Assembly (NCBI GenBank): GCA_963752255.1 | Contig: CAVVXT010000019.1 | Location: 544,635 to 608,634, forward strand | Reading direction: 5' to 3' | Length of the DNA: 64,000 nt | Source: Nitrososphaeria archaeon | GTDB lineage: Archaea; Thermoproteota; Nitrososphaeria; JACIWG01 | In this document: positions 1 to 10,313 of the stretch, in pieces | Layout of the letters: each line of letters begins with the position of its first letter | Numbering within the stretch: the first letter of the stretch is position 1 | Program-made: the position numbers and the translations under genes | Notes under the pieces: model-generated | What the model saw: the letters and a program-made list of their open reading frames with translations, nothing else | What the model was told of the DNA's origin: nothing | The model's database searches: none

Positions 1-69
1 AATCCGCTGGCTTGAATGATCTTATCTTACGAACTCAAGTCAATTTAGAAACGATACTTTAGTCCTCCA

Positions 70-1446
70 TTAAACAGGAGGTAAAGAACGGACATCACTG
101 AATTTAATCCAATTGCTCTTCACTAAATCATAGTATTGGTTGTCATACTTTAACATAGCAAGAAAAATCCTAGTCAATATCATCATTAGAGCATAGTGCG
201 CATGAATCAGTTTCTCCCCATTTTCCTTTGAGGGACCAATTACACCACGGTGAGTTATCTGATTGCGAATTTCCACTATCTCCTCAAATGTGATATTTAA
301 ATCATCATACTTAACGTGCCAGAAGTCAAGCAGTTTTTTTGCCTTGTCAACATACTGTTTTCTATTAATGCCATCAAGTGCACTATACAGTGCAGCTCGC
401 GTACTTTTATCAACATTGTTCTCTTTTAGCCATGACCTTGCATCGTCCTTGATACGATTCATGAATTCTTTGAATATTGGATCAGGAAGTAGATATTCAA
501 TACTCTCTTTTGTATGATATTTGTCCATTAAGAGTTCTAGACATGTAGTTGCACTTAGGAACTTAGATTCAATTACACTTGCAATATTCGCCTCTGTATA
601 CCATTCAAGAGCAAGATTGAACCCATATTGTGTGTTTAGTTCATCAGAGTATCCTTTCCATGCAGATCGGATAAATTCCCCTGAATGTACTTTATTAGTA
701 ATACCTAACTTATACGGTATCTTGTTCTTTGGGGATGATATTTTCATAGAAATAAGTTTATTCGAACTAGCACTATAAACTGAGACGGATACCCAATCAT
801 GCCATGCACCTTGTGAAAGAGTTGTTATTTTTAGAAAGCTTTCAACAATTTTAGTTGCCTTGTCAATAATAGTATCCAAAGTTGTTGTCCCGTCAGTGCT
901 GACATTTAGAATTGCTAATGATGTGATTAATTGCATTCGATAGTTCCTCATAACTTCATCCAAATCTATTACATCCTTGAAGTGACGTAATTCAAGCCTT
1001 CCAAGGTCTGTCTCTACAGAAACTCGGAATGTTTGAAAGATGTTAGTAAGTGTGAATTGGATTATAAGCTCATTTGATGGTTGACTTGTCATTGATTCTT
1101 CACTAAGAATGACTAGGCCTATAAAAAATTCACTTTTAAGATTCAACCCTACTTGACCAGATGACATACTGAAGGCAGTCAAAAAACAATTAAGCATCGA
1201 TATACTTAATTTCTGATCATTTAAATCAGCCATTCCATTTAATGAAAATTCATTTACCTTATTTAGAGTCATTAACTTATTGAATTCAGATAAAAAGCTG
1301 GGTGGAAATGCTATTTCACCTAAAGTAATACCGTTTGTCAATAAACTTAGGTGAAATGATGCAGGAGTCTGAGAACCGTTCTTGAACTGTACTGTACCAG
1401 TACCTTTGGTCTCAAAAATAGGCTTGAAAAGATAAAGGCTTTCCAT
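70..1446 (-). CDS. HEPN-domain protein (ApeA-like), putative RNase/defence protein
   Basis: 458 aa ORF; C-terminal helical region with RxxxxH motif (EIRNQITHRG) preceded by a FLSATTCLELL helix; beta-rich N-terminus. Confidence 0.65.
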   Translation of the reverse strand: MESLYLFKPIFETKGTGTVQFKNGSQTPASFHLSLLTNGITLGEIAFPPSFLSEFNKLMTLNKVNEFSLNGMADLNDQKLSISMLNCFLTAFSMSSGQVGLNLKSEFFIGLVILSEESMTSQPSNELIIQFTLTNIFQTFRVSVETDLGRLELRHFKDVIDLDEVMRNYRMQLITSLAILNVSTDGTTTLDTIIDKATKIVESFLKITTLSQGAWHDWVSVSVYSASSNKLISMKISSPKNKIPYKLGITNKVHSGEFIRSAWKGYSDELNTQYGFNLALEWYTEANIASVIESKFLSATTCLELLMDKYHTKESIEYLLPDPIFKEFMNRIKDDARSWLKENNVDKSTRAALYSALDGINRKQYVDKAKKLLDFWHVKYDDLNITFEEIVEIRNQITHRGVIGPSKENGEKLIHAHYALMMILTRIFLAMLKYDNQYYDLVKSNWIKFSDVRSLPPV

Positions 1447-1804
1447 ATTGCGTTATTAGCTTATACAGAATATAAACTTGAACCAAAATGGATTGAAATC
1501 TTAAGATAATGTGGTATTATCTAGTCGTGTTCGCAGAGTTTTAAATAAAAGTTAAAAGGGGATAAGACGAATTTTAGAAAGTCAATATAATCAATACCAT
1601 GTACGTTGTGTACATTCGATGTATTTTCCTGTAGAGGGTATTTTGGGTTAAAATAGTGTGGACATTGGTGGAGTGAACTGGTTGAAGCGAATAAAACCTT
1701 TTTCTTGTTGAAAATTAAATAATACAAAAATATTATTACAATAATGACACTCATACGATGTTTAACTAAAACATCCCTTGAAATGTGTTTAATAAAGAGC
1801 TGGA

Positions 1805-2362
1805 CTAAACATATCCCATGTAATTAAACAGAACATGAATTATTATAGCACACGAAACCAGTACTAAAACAAAGATCATTTTCCTTTTTGACTTCAATGC
1901 CCAAATAATAACTATACTATAGGAAAGGAGAGTCGAAGTTGTCATATGCATGAGCCATGTTGTGAAACCACGAAAAATTATCACTAAGAGACCAGAGTAG
2001 CCAATAGTCTCAAAAAAAGCAAAGCCAAGTCCGACACTTGCACCTACTGTAAGCTCTTTTTTACATAACATTATTTCATACGTTTTTGGTTTAAGTTTAA
2101 GAATCCAAAAAGTTAAGAATATTAAAAGAAATTTTAATGTCTCTTCTATTACAGGAAAGTAAATAATGTTGCCTTGGCTTTCTTTTAAATATATACCAGT
2201 TAAAGTTGGCCAATAGAATTCTAAGGTACCAGCTAAAGGAAAAACAAGTAGACCAAATATGATTCCAATAAATAATAAGCGAAATGGGCTTCGACCAATA
2301 CGATATAAAATAAGTACATATAACATGAGAAGAAGAACTGAGACAACGAGTTCAAGTATCAT
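1805..2362 (-). CDS. PrsW-family intramembrane metalloprotease
   Basis: Multi-TM protein with PVIEETLK, GASVGLGFAFFE and two later His motifs. Confidence 0.75.
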   Translation of the reverse strand: MILELVVSVLLLMLYVLILYRIGRSPFRLLFIGIIFGLLVFPLAGTLEFYWPTLTGIYLKESQGNIIYFPVIEETLKFLLIFLTFWILKLKPKTYEIMLCKKELTVGASVGLGFAFFETIGYSGLLVIIFRGFTTWLMHMTTSTLLSYSIVIIWALKSKRKMIFVLVLVSCAIIIHVLFNYMGYV

Positions 2363-2593
2363 AACAATTATATGTTGTATGACTGTTCTTTTAAATATTC
2401 TTAATACTTTTTAAAAGAATATTAGATTTTCGATCAATTTTCATAGAATATTCATCACACAAGTGAGAAATCCTTTACCTTTATATATCAGCAAAAATAA
2501 AATAGTGTTCCAAGCATTTATATGGATTCCTCTCAGAGTTCAGAGATATCTTAAGAACGTTTAATTTTTAGGGGCTTAAACCCTTTTAGGTAT

Positions 2594-2610
2594 AAGTCCC
2601 ACCGGGCCCG
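2594..2610 (+). repeat. tRNA 3'-end fragment, probable att-site remnant
   Basis: AAGTCCCACCGGGCCCG = end of T loop, 3' T stem and 3' acceptor strand of a GGGCCCG-starting tRNA; isolated GC-rich stretch in AT-rich DNA. Confidence 0.5.
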
Positions 2611-2850
2611 CTTCTTCTATTTCTTTTCGATGGAAAGGCTAAACTATATCATATGACACCGGCTTTTCTTAATGAGTAGTTCATCATTATAATTTTAGAG
2701 AAATTTAATATAGCTAATAGAGAAAACTATCATAAAAAATAATTTATCTTCAGAGAATATTAACGATATTTTATTCGAGCCACCTAACATATAGCTTTTT
2801 TTTAACACTTTTAAATTCTTAAATATTCCAATTCTCACCTTTCTAAACAA

Positions 2851-5589
2851 ATGGAAACTGAGGAAAAAGGTAGTGCAGAATTTATCAGGAAATCAATCTG
2901 GGTACTCTTAGGTCTCATCGCTACTATCGTGATCCTTTCTCTTGCATGGGTAATACTCATGTGGTCAATCAACGAGTATGTGTATTCAATAAAAGCGGGG
3001 GTTGACTGGTTTGGGATTACGTTCTACCACGGCTACATCTTTGTAGCGGCAGCTCTCTTTTCCCTTCTATTAGTCTACCCTAAGGTAGGAGGAAGCGACC
3101 TCCGGCAGCTTGCTGATACAATCATAAGGTACGTTAGGAGATACGAATTTGAGGAGATGGAACTGAAAAGTGAGGGAAGGGTAAATGACTGGATCTGGGC
3201 CCTATGGCAGACGCTTAAGTGGTCAATCGGATTCCTATTATTTGTAACTCTACACGGCTTCCTGATTCAGGGGGAGATAATGAATCCAATAATGATGTTA
3301 GCAAAGGGCTTAGGGAGCTGGGGAAACGTGCCCAGAATATTCATGCTTCCGCTGCTTCCAGCTTCAGGTAAAGAGCTCGTCGAGCTTATGCCTTCTATGC
3401 AAATTCAATACGAAGTGCTGTCCTATGTCCTCGCTTCCTTTCTTCTGGTCTTTATAGTAAGGATGATTCTACGTCTTTTGACCAACCTGAGAACAAAAAG
3501 AAGCAGCGTATGGTTAAGGAACATACTCGCTGTGGTCGCTGCGGTCATCTTCGAAGTAATACTCGGAGCTCCGTACTGGCTAATGAACATCGCCACCCCC
3601 TACGTGTACGGAATAGCTTGGACTGCATTAATTCTTACCATAGTAGGCATCTTCTACGTTTCAAGAAGAAATGTTTTAATGTCAAGGTTGAACATCTTCA
3701 AGTGGGTCGCGATACTGCTCTCCCTAATGCTATTGATTCAGTTAGGGGCTTACACGTATCTCTTCCTTAATTGGAATAATAACTACTTGTCGTATGAATG
3801 GTACCCTCAGACACAGAAGGAAATTGCGGTGACTAGATGGTCCGCGGGTCTGGGCGGCATTCAGGTCAGCAACATTACCGACCTGCCCACAAGCAACCCC
3901 TCTACAATTCTCAATCTAGTTAGACAATGGGACCAACAGGCGGCTGCCGTAACAAATACGAAGGAAATCGGTGCATACAATTGGATGGGGTTAGCGAGCT
4001 CCGAAATAGTATTTTACAATGATACCGAATACTGGGTTTCACCTACGACACCTACCTTTCCCCAGACCAACTGGATAAGCGAGCATCTGATCTATACGCA
4101 CGCGGCCAAAGTTCTTGTAATAAACACCCACAACGGATCAGTCATACCCGCGACCAAGGCCTATAGCATTCCTGCAGAACCTCTGATCTACTACGGTGAA
4201 GGAGCTGGATTCGACCAAAGCGTTTACGTACATGTGCCAGGCTACGATGAGGTTCAGAACGCATCATATCTTGGGGCACCCGATTATGTACTAAACGGGT
4301 GGCAGAAAGCAATGTGGTTTACCTTCTCAGAAGGTCAGCTAGGTTTTGCCTTTTCAGGTCAATCTATAAACATGCTCTGGAACAGAGATATTTTTACGAG
4401 AGTAGGGGATATACTTATTCCCGGCTTAACAATAGATCCTTCAGCCTACATGGTCTCAGATGGTAAGAACCTCTTTTATGCTGTACAAATCTACATAGAC
4501 TACCCCCTTCAGTCAGGTTTCTCCGCGAGCCCATACCTAAGATTCTTCGGTGTGGTACTCGTGAATGTTCAGGATGGGGCGATGCAGGGCTATACGGTTT
4601 CAAACCTTATTGGAATTAACAGCACAGACTTTATCACAAAGTATTATCAAGAATATTATGATAAGTGGACCGACCCACCCTCATGGCTTGTGCCTCAGCT
4701 GAGGTATCCTGAGCAGCTTCTTGGAACTCCAGGCATTGCCGGTCAGCTAGATTACGACTTCGTCTTTCACGTAAATGACCCCTTTGTTTTCAGATCGGGA
4801 ACCCAGTTCTACGAGCGACCGGAGAACAATACTGTGCAGTACATTCCTTTTGCTGTAGAGAACAAGACCTATTTCGTTGGCATACAACTAATCCACTACC
4901 AGAGCGCGATAAGCAAGAACCTTGCCGGTCTTTATGTAGCATATGGAGGGGATCGATTAGGACAGATCTATCTCTACCAAAACCCATCACAGGCCACGGT
5001 TATAATCGGACCTTCTGCTGCTGAGAATGCGCTTACGACTAACAGTGAGGTTAGAACCCAGTTGACTCTCCTCCCCAACTACAGGTTCGGTACCTACCTT
5101 CTTTATTCTGTTGGAGGGCAGCTCACCTATTTCGTGGCCGTATATACTAACCCTGGGACATCAGGGGTTGTTACACAGCTACCTTTTATGACATCAGTGA
5201 ACCCGACCACAGGCGCGGTGGGTATAGGCCCTGATTCTACGACTGCGTTCCAGAATTTAGGCTTAGGCAACCAGTCAGAAGAGAGCGAAGATAGGGGAGC
5301 AGTAATTCACCAGATAGTAAATCTAATTAAATTAGAGGGCTATAATCTAGTGAACGCAACATCTGTCAACCCCACGGTCTGGATCAATGTGGGTACTGTA
5401 TCATTTAACAGTGTAGGAGCGAACCAAACGATCGCTCAGGTCACAGGCCTGCTCAGAAATTATGGGCAAGGAAGCGTTGGGAAAGCTGTCTATGCTTGGG
5501 TTGACAGTTCTGAAAACCTTAACTTTGGCATCCTCAGAATCCCTGCCCAAGGTGTGACTGAGTTATACTATGTTACCATTAAGCCATAA
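2851..5589 (+). CDS. UPF0182-family membrane protein
   Basis: N-terminal multi-TM region then soluble domain with VRQWD, HLIYTH, IYYGE, LRYPEQL motifs. Confidence 0.8.
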   Translation: METEEKGSAEFIRKSIWVLLGLIATIVILSLAWVILMWSINEYVYSIKAGVDWFGITFYHGYIFVAAALFSLLLVYPKVGGSDLRQLADTIIRYVRRYEFEEMELKSEGRVNDWIWALWQTLKWSIGFLLFVTLHGFLIQGEIMNPIMMLAKGLGSWGNVPRIFMLPLLPASGKELVELMPSMQIQYEVLSYVLASFLLVFIVRMILRLLTNLRTKRSSVWLRNILAVVAAVIFEVILGAPYWLMNIATPYVYGIAWTALILTIVGIFYVSRRNVLMSRLNIFKWVAILLSLMLLIQLGAYTYLFLNWNNNYLSYEWYPQTQKEIAVTRWSAGLGGIQVSNITDLPTSNPSTILNLVRQWDQQAAAVTNTKEIGAYNWMGLASSEIVFYNDTEYWVSPTTPTFPQTNWISEHLIYTHAAKVLVINTHNGSVIPATKAYSIPAEPLIYYGEGAGFDQSVYVHVPGYDEVQNASYLGAPDYVLNGWQKAMWFTFSEGQLGFAFSGQSINMLWNRDIFTRVGDILIPGLTIDPSAYMVSDGKNLFYAVQIYIDYPLQSGFSASPYLRFFGVVLVNVQDGAMQGYTVSNLIGINSTDFITKYYQEYYDKWTDPPSWLVPQLRYPEQLLGTPGIAGQLDYDFVFHVNDPFVFRSGTQFYERPENNTVQYIPFAVENKTYFVGIQLIHYQSAISKNLAGLYVAYGGDRLGQIYLYQNPSQATVIIGPSAAENALTTNSEVRTQLTLLPNYRFGTYLLYSVGGQLTYFVAVYTNPGTSGVVTQLPFMTSVNPTTGAVGIGPDSTTAFQNLGLGNQSEESEDRGAVIHQIVNLIKLEGYNLVNATSVNPTVWINVGTVSFNSVGANQTIAQVTGLLRNYGQGSVGKAVYAWVDSSENLNFGILRIPAQGVTELYYVTIKP

Positions 5590-5600
5590 CAGTTCAGAGT

Positions 5601-5888
5601 CTAGTGCCTAGCAAGAATTATAACGATAACGAGAATAACTGCTATCAGGGCCAAGACGACCAAGCGAAGAATCCCATTCCGTTCCCAAATCATTACGCTG
5701 GCATTGATTTGCGCAAAGGGATTCCTGGAGTTAAGCATTCTCACCAGCTGCAATGCCTCTTCGTACACAAACTGTCCTCCATCAACCAAGATTATGTTAT
5801 AACCCTTCATTACGAACGAGTGCCCCTTAACTGCGAGGGGTAGGCGTGATCTACTATTGACCCATTCACGAAACTGATCTTCACTCAT
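5601..5888 (-). CDS. Small hypothetical protein with C-terminal membrane anchor
   Basis: ORF from ATG at 5888 (MSEDQFREW...), hydrophobic C-terminal helix. Confidence 0.6.
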   Translation of the reverse strand: MSEDQFREWVNSRSRLPLAVKGHSFVMKGYNIILVDGGQFVYEEALQLVRMLNSRNPFAQINASVMIWERNGILRLVVLALIAVILVIVIILARH

Positions 5889-6221
5889 TAGGCTTTTACC
5901 GCCATTTATTATGTAAAACGTTATATTTTTCCTTTTCCTTGAGAAGGAAAATAAAGAATGACCACACATGCTGTTTATATTTTGGCTACCCTCCCTTTTT
6001 TGTTCCAATTCGTATTTGCAACCATTGACGTAATCAAAACCCTGGAAATTATGGTATTAAAACGGTCAAAAATGATGTCTTAGAAGAAACTTCTGGAGTC
6101 ATGACCACTCTATTCCAACTCAGCTTAACATTTTGTTTGCTAACAAAAAGTTGTTATAAACAAGTTGGATGTTAGAAAGCAATAAATAACATTTAATTGC
6201 ATAAAAACTTTTCAATTTTAA

Positions 6222-6297
6222 TGGGGTCGGTGGGATTTGAACCCACGTCCGCGCGGTCCCAAGCCGCGCAGCGTAGACCAGACTGGCCCACGACCCC
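6222..6297 (-). tRNA. tRNA-Pro(TGG)
   Basis: Full cloverleaf: GGGGTCG/CGACCCC acceptor, CGCGG-CTTGGGA-CCGCG anticodon arm, TTCAAAT T loop. Confidence 0.95.
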
Positions 6298-6385
6298 TTA
6301 CTCATGTCTTACGGAATATTGTGTATATAATTATTGATTTGTTCTTAAACATTTTTTAGTTGTCTAACCATATCTTGATGGTTGG

Positions 6386-8464
6386 TTGGCTATAATGTCT
6401 GATGACCTCGTCAATTTTGAAAGTGTCTATTCGGCTCTCGGATCAAATGAACGTTTGTCCATTTTAAGGGAGCTGAATAAAAGCGGTTCCCTTTCTTACA
6501 CTGAATTAAAGAATAACTGTGGTTTTGTTAAGAAAAGGGAGTCCGGTAGGTTTGCCTATCATTTGAGACTTCTCTCTGCTGTTAACTTAATTTCCTTGAA
6601 TAAAAATACTCGAAAATATTCTCTGACACCTTTTGGAAGAGTAGTACTTACCGTAACAAATGAGTTGAAGGATGCGGCACTTCAGTCATCAGGTAAAATC
6701 TATGTTAGAACATCTAGACATAAAATAGAGGAATTCGACAGCGACAAGATTTATCAGTCGTTGATAAGGGAAGCCAATATTCCGAGAGAGCTAGCTTCAA
6801 AGATTACAGCAGAAGCGGAGTCAAGAATAAGTAAACTAGAGAATGTCCACTTGACCGCTCCCTTGATCCGTGAACTAGTAAACTCAATACTTGTCGAGAA
6901 GGGCTTAGACGAATATAGAAATAAACTTACTAGATTAGGTCTACCGGTAAAGGATGTAGCAGAAAGAATATATCAGATAGGACTTTCCGAGGGTGATGTC
7001 CTTTCTCTCAGATTAGCGGCTGCAGATGCAGTATTCACCGACTATCTTCTTCTAACGCAGATAGGTTCTGAAGCGCTTGACATGCACCTTTCAGGAGATA
7101 TTGGTATTGTCAACTCTGGATGCTGGGGAATAATGCCAGATAGTGTATTCTTCGATGCGTTATGCTTGATTTCATCAGATGTTAAGTTCGGGGTAAAGAA
7201 TCCTGCAATGTCAAGGGTGAGCAATGGAAAAGACAGCGAACCCGCTTTAATGAAAATAAAACTTATTATTAAAAAAATGCTTGAGGAAACCTCTGACGAA
7301 ATAGTGATCGAAAATTTTGTTGAATTCATTTCCCAGATAAGTGGAAATCAAGATAGACAAATGATAAAAGAAAAGGTCTACGAGCTGATCTCCAATTCAA
7401 TATTAAATATAAATCCTATATCTAAAAACATTTTGAGCTTCCAGATCAACCTGAATGCGGAGACCGACAGGAAGGCTTTGGAATGCATCATAGATGCCTA
7501 CATGCTATATCTAAGAGGAACACTAAGATCTAGAGTAAAGCTGGTCCTAAATGTCTACGATAGAACCTTGTTCAAAGAGGAACTAGGTTCGTTCATAACA
7601 ATCTTAAATAATGGAGGAAACATCATGATCGCTTCACAGCCAACCAGACCCATTTCCTACCTCGGCATAAGGAAGAACTTCGAAGATAACGATATTTTAC
7701 CAGCGGGAACAATAGTCCTGCACTCACTAGCGTTAAATCTACCAAGATTTTTTTTCAGTGGAACAGAAGAATCCTACCTTAAGAGTCTACTCAAGATCAG
7801 ACTCCAGAAGACATATAACATCATGGAAACAAGGAAAAATATCCTAATAGATTTGATGGAGAAAAAACTTTTATATGTTTACGAATACAATAGTGATCTT
7901 TTTCCAAAGAACAGTATAGAAATAGTACTTAATATGGTTGGCTTAGAAGAGCTTGTAAGATATCTTATACCCCAAGACGTGGAAGAACAAAATAAAATGT
8001 GGATCAAGCTGATTGATTTTTCTCAGAAAATACTAGAAGTAGAAAAGACAAAATCAAGAGTCTTCACTTCAGTTTACGTGGATAGCTCAGCAGAAAGATT
8101 CTATGAGCTTGACAGAGAACTTTTTCCAGAAACCGCCCAAAGTAAGACCCTATCAACCACCGGAAGGTATTCACAAATACCGGTTCTTGGGATTAAGGCA
8201 TTAGAAGATGAGAACTTTATTAAAAGGATACAGACTAGGATAGACAAGACAAAGGGAGGATATCATGCGATATTAGATGTTTCAACACTAACTGATGAAC
8301 TTGAGATAGGGGACGTCATAGAGAATACGCTTTCGAGACTTGGTGTTTTTAAAGTAAGGAAGAATCTTATCTCTTGCGGGACATGCGGTGCTAAGAGCCC
8401 ATCAGTTTCTAGATGCCCAAAATGTGGCTCAGCATCAATACTGAATATTCAGACAGATAACTAG
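6386..8464 (+). CDS. Winged-HTH + ATP-cone + degenerate class III ribonucleotide reductase (NrdD-like) protein
   Basis: ArsR-like N-terminus (RLSILREL...FAYHLRLL), ATP cone (VRTSRHKIEEFDSDKI...TAPLIRELVN), HLSGDI, LNLPR, C-terminal CxxC...CPKCG; no glycyl-radical motif. Confidence 0.8.
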   Translation: MAIMSDDLVNFESVYSALGSNERLSILRELNKSGSLSYTELKNNCGFVKKRESGRFAYHLRLLSAVNLISLNKNTRKYSLTPFGRVVLTVTNELKDAALQSSGKIYVRTSRHKIEEFDSDKIYQSLIREANIPRELASKITAEAESRISKLENVHLTAPLIRELVNSILVEKGLDEYRNKLTRLGLPVKDVAERIYQIGLSEGDVLSLRLAAADAVFTDYLLLTQIGSEALDMHLSGDIGIVNSGCWGIMPDSVFFDALCLISSDVKFGVKNPAMSRVSNGKDSEPALMKIKLIIKKMLEETSDEIVIENFVEFISQISGNQDRQMIKEKVYELISNSILNINPISKNILSFQINLNAETDRKALECIIDAYMLYLRGTLRSRVKLVLNVYDRTLFKEELGSFITILNNGGNIMIASQPTRPISYLGIRKNFEDNDILPAGTIVLHSLALNLPRFFFSGTEESYLKSLLKIRLQKTYNIMETRKNILIDLMEKKLLYVYEYNSDLFPKNSIEIVLNMVGLEELVRYLIPQDVEEQNKMWIKLIDFSQKILEVEKTKSRVFTSVYVDSSAERFYELDRELFPETAQSKTLSTTGRYSQIPVLGIKALEDENFIKRIQTRIDKTKGGYHAILDVSTLTDELEIGDVIENTLSRLGVFKVRKNLISCGTCGAKSPSVSRCPKCGSASILNIQTDN

Positions 8465-8482
8465 TATTTTTCAGCATCACAC

Positions 8483-8806
8483 TTATTCGTTGGTAATAAC
8501 ATATAGCTTTCCAAAACGTCCGACGTTAAGACGGATTTCCCCTTTGAAACTGTTGACGTAACCATTTTCTATCTTAGCAGTATCGTTAACATCAACCTTA
8601 TCAATTTGGTCATCCCAAAGAGTAAGCTTTACCTTACCAGTTTCATCAGTGATTGTAAGGTCTGCTACCCGGGCTTTCTGACCAGTTCTTAACATTACCT
8701 CGCGAGGCTCTGGCTTATCAGTTATCCTACCAACAATATCAACCTGTTTCATGCCATCCCTTAGCTGGGAGATGTTCAAATTATTCACACCCAGTCTCCC
8801 CAACAT
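8483..8806 (-). CDS. ssb: Single OB-fold ssDNA-binding protein (crenarchaeal SSB type)
   Basis: DETGKVKLTLWD and IENGYVNSFKGEIRLNVGRFG motifs; real start may be a few codons inside the ORF. Confidence 0.85.
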   Translation of the reverse strand: MLGRLGVNNLNISQLRDGMKQVDIVGRITDKPEPREVMLRTGQKARVADLTITDETGKVKLTLWDDQIDKVDVNDTAKIENGYVNSFKGEIRLNVGRFGKLYVITNE

Positions 8807-8892
8807 CTCTTTAAAAGCTTTATTTATAACAAATTTTCGAAATAGGATTATTTTATCAAGAACTTTAAATCATGCTTTTATGGTAGAGACGA

Positions 8893-9435
8893 GTGGTTAT
8901 GGGGCAGGAAACAAGACTTTCTGGAAAGTTAAAATTAAATCGTATTGTCATTGAAAATTTTGATGATGCCCAAGAACTTTACCAGAGTGGATTTGGAGAA
9001 AAGGAAAGGAAGAGTCTTGTGTTGAACCCCTATGAAGCGCTCTATCTTTGCAGCATTAATAGGGTTGACGTGATTGGAAAGAAGAAGATCATAAACTTTG
9101 AAAATTTAATAGGCATACTCTACAATAAAGATAAGGAAATTCTAACCAGATTTCTAGTCTATAGGGACCTGAGGAGCAGAGGTTTTATTGTCAAAGAAGG
9201 CTTCGGTTTCGGGGTTGACTTTAGGGTCTACGATAAAGGGGAATATGGTAAAAAGACAGCAAAATATGTCGTCTTCGTTTTAAATGAAGGAAATGATGTT
9301 AGATTTGAGAAGATCGTACAGGATGCTATCGATATTAAAAGGATGGGGAAGAAATCTATCATGGCAGTTATAGATAGAAGGGGAGAAGTGATATATTATC
9401 AGATATCTGAGGCGGTCTTTAATGCAGAAAGTTAG
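8893..9435 (+). CDS. endA: tRNA splicing endonuclease subunit (probably structural/beta subunit)
   Basis: EALYL, FLVYRDLRSRGF, FGVDFRVY motifs; the catalytic His expected after the Tyr is not seen. Confidence 0.85.
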   Translation: MVMGQETRLSGKLKLNRIVIENFDDAQELYQSGFGEKERKSLVLNPYEALYLCSINRVDVIGKKKIINFENLIGILYNKDKEILTRFLVYRDLRSRGFIVKEGFGFGVDFRVYDKGEYGKKTAKYVVFVLNEGNDVRFEKIVQDAIDIKRMGKKSIMAVIDRRGEVIYYQISEAVFNAES

Positions 9436-10312
9436 TTTAAACGCGTACCTTAAGATGATCAGGCCTACAAATAGCATTATGGTAGGTGCAGCTGTAATTA
9501 TCGGTGTCATTCTTACTTCTTTGCAGGCGGTTCTCACATGGAAAACTCTTTTTGGATTTTTAACTGGCTTCTTTGTCGCAAGCTTCTCGATGGTAGTCAA
9601 TGATATTTATGATGTAGAGGTTGACCGTGCAAATCTGCTGAATAGACCCCTTGTCAGAGGTGAAATAAAAATTTCGGCAGCTTGGGCTTATTCTATAACA
9701 TTACTTTTTCTTGGCATAGTATTCTCATTATTAACAAGCCTGACAGGATTCATCATCGCTGTAGTATTTGGATTCATATCTTGGTTTTACAATTTCTATC
9801 TAAAGAAACAGGGAATTATTGGGAATCTGACGGTCGCACTCTCAACCTCGATTCCCTATATCTACGGTAGCGTGGTCTCAGCTGCTGTGGTTCCAATTCT
9901 TCAAGGCACATTTTTTCTAGGCTCATCTTACTTGCTTCTCTGGGCTGTTATGGTGTCCTTTTTAGCTGTTACCGGGAGAGAAGTCATAAAAACGATATCT
10001 GACGCAGAAGGAGATAGAATAAGAGGAATCAAATCAATAACTCATTCCATCGGAGAAGAAAATTCTGCTAGAGCTGGTGCAACTTTTTTTATCCTAGCGG
10101 TGTTTTTCACCTTAGGACCTTACCTCTCAAAACAAGCAGGAATATTTTATTTGGCCATGGTGATGGTTCCTGATATACTGTTTGTTTATCTCTCTTACTC
10201 AATACTAAAAGACTATTCGAGCGCAAATGTACATCGTGTAAAAAAATTTGCTTTAATTGGAATGCTGTTTGGTTTCATAGCATTTATTGCCGAAAAAATG
10301 GTGATTCGATAG
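9422..10312 (+). CDS. Digeranylgeranylglyceryl phosphate synthase (UbiA family)
   Basis: NDIYDVEVDRAN...RPL and REVIKTISDAEGD motifs, multi-TM. Confidence 0.85.
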   Translation: MQKVSLNAYLKMIRPTNSIMVGAAVIIGVILTSLQAVLTWKTLFGFLTGFFVASFSMVVNDIYDVEVDRANLLNRPLVRGEIKISAAWAYSITLLFLGIVFSLLTSLTGFIIAVVFGFISWFYNFYLKKQGIIGNLTVALSTSIPYIYGSVVSAAVVPILQGTFFLGSSYLLLWAVMVSFLAVTGREVIKTISDAEGDRIRGIKSITHSIGEENSARAGATFFILAVFFTLGPYLSKQAGIFYLAMVMVPDILFVYLSYSILKDYSSANVHRVKKFALIGMLFGFIAFIAEKMVIR

Positions 10313-10313
10313 C

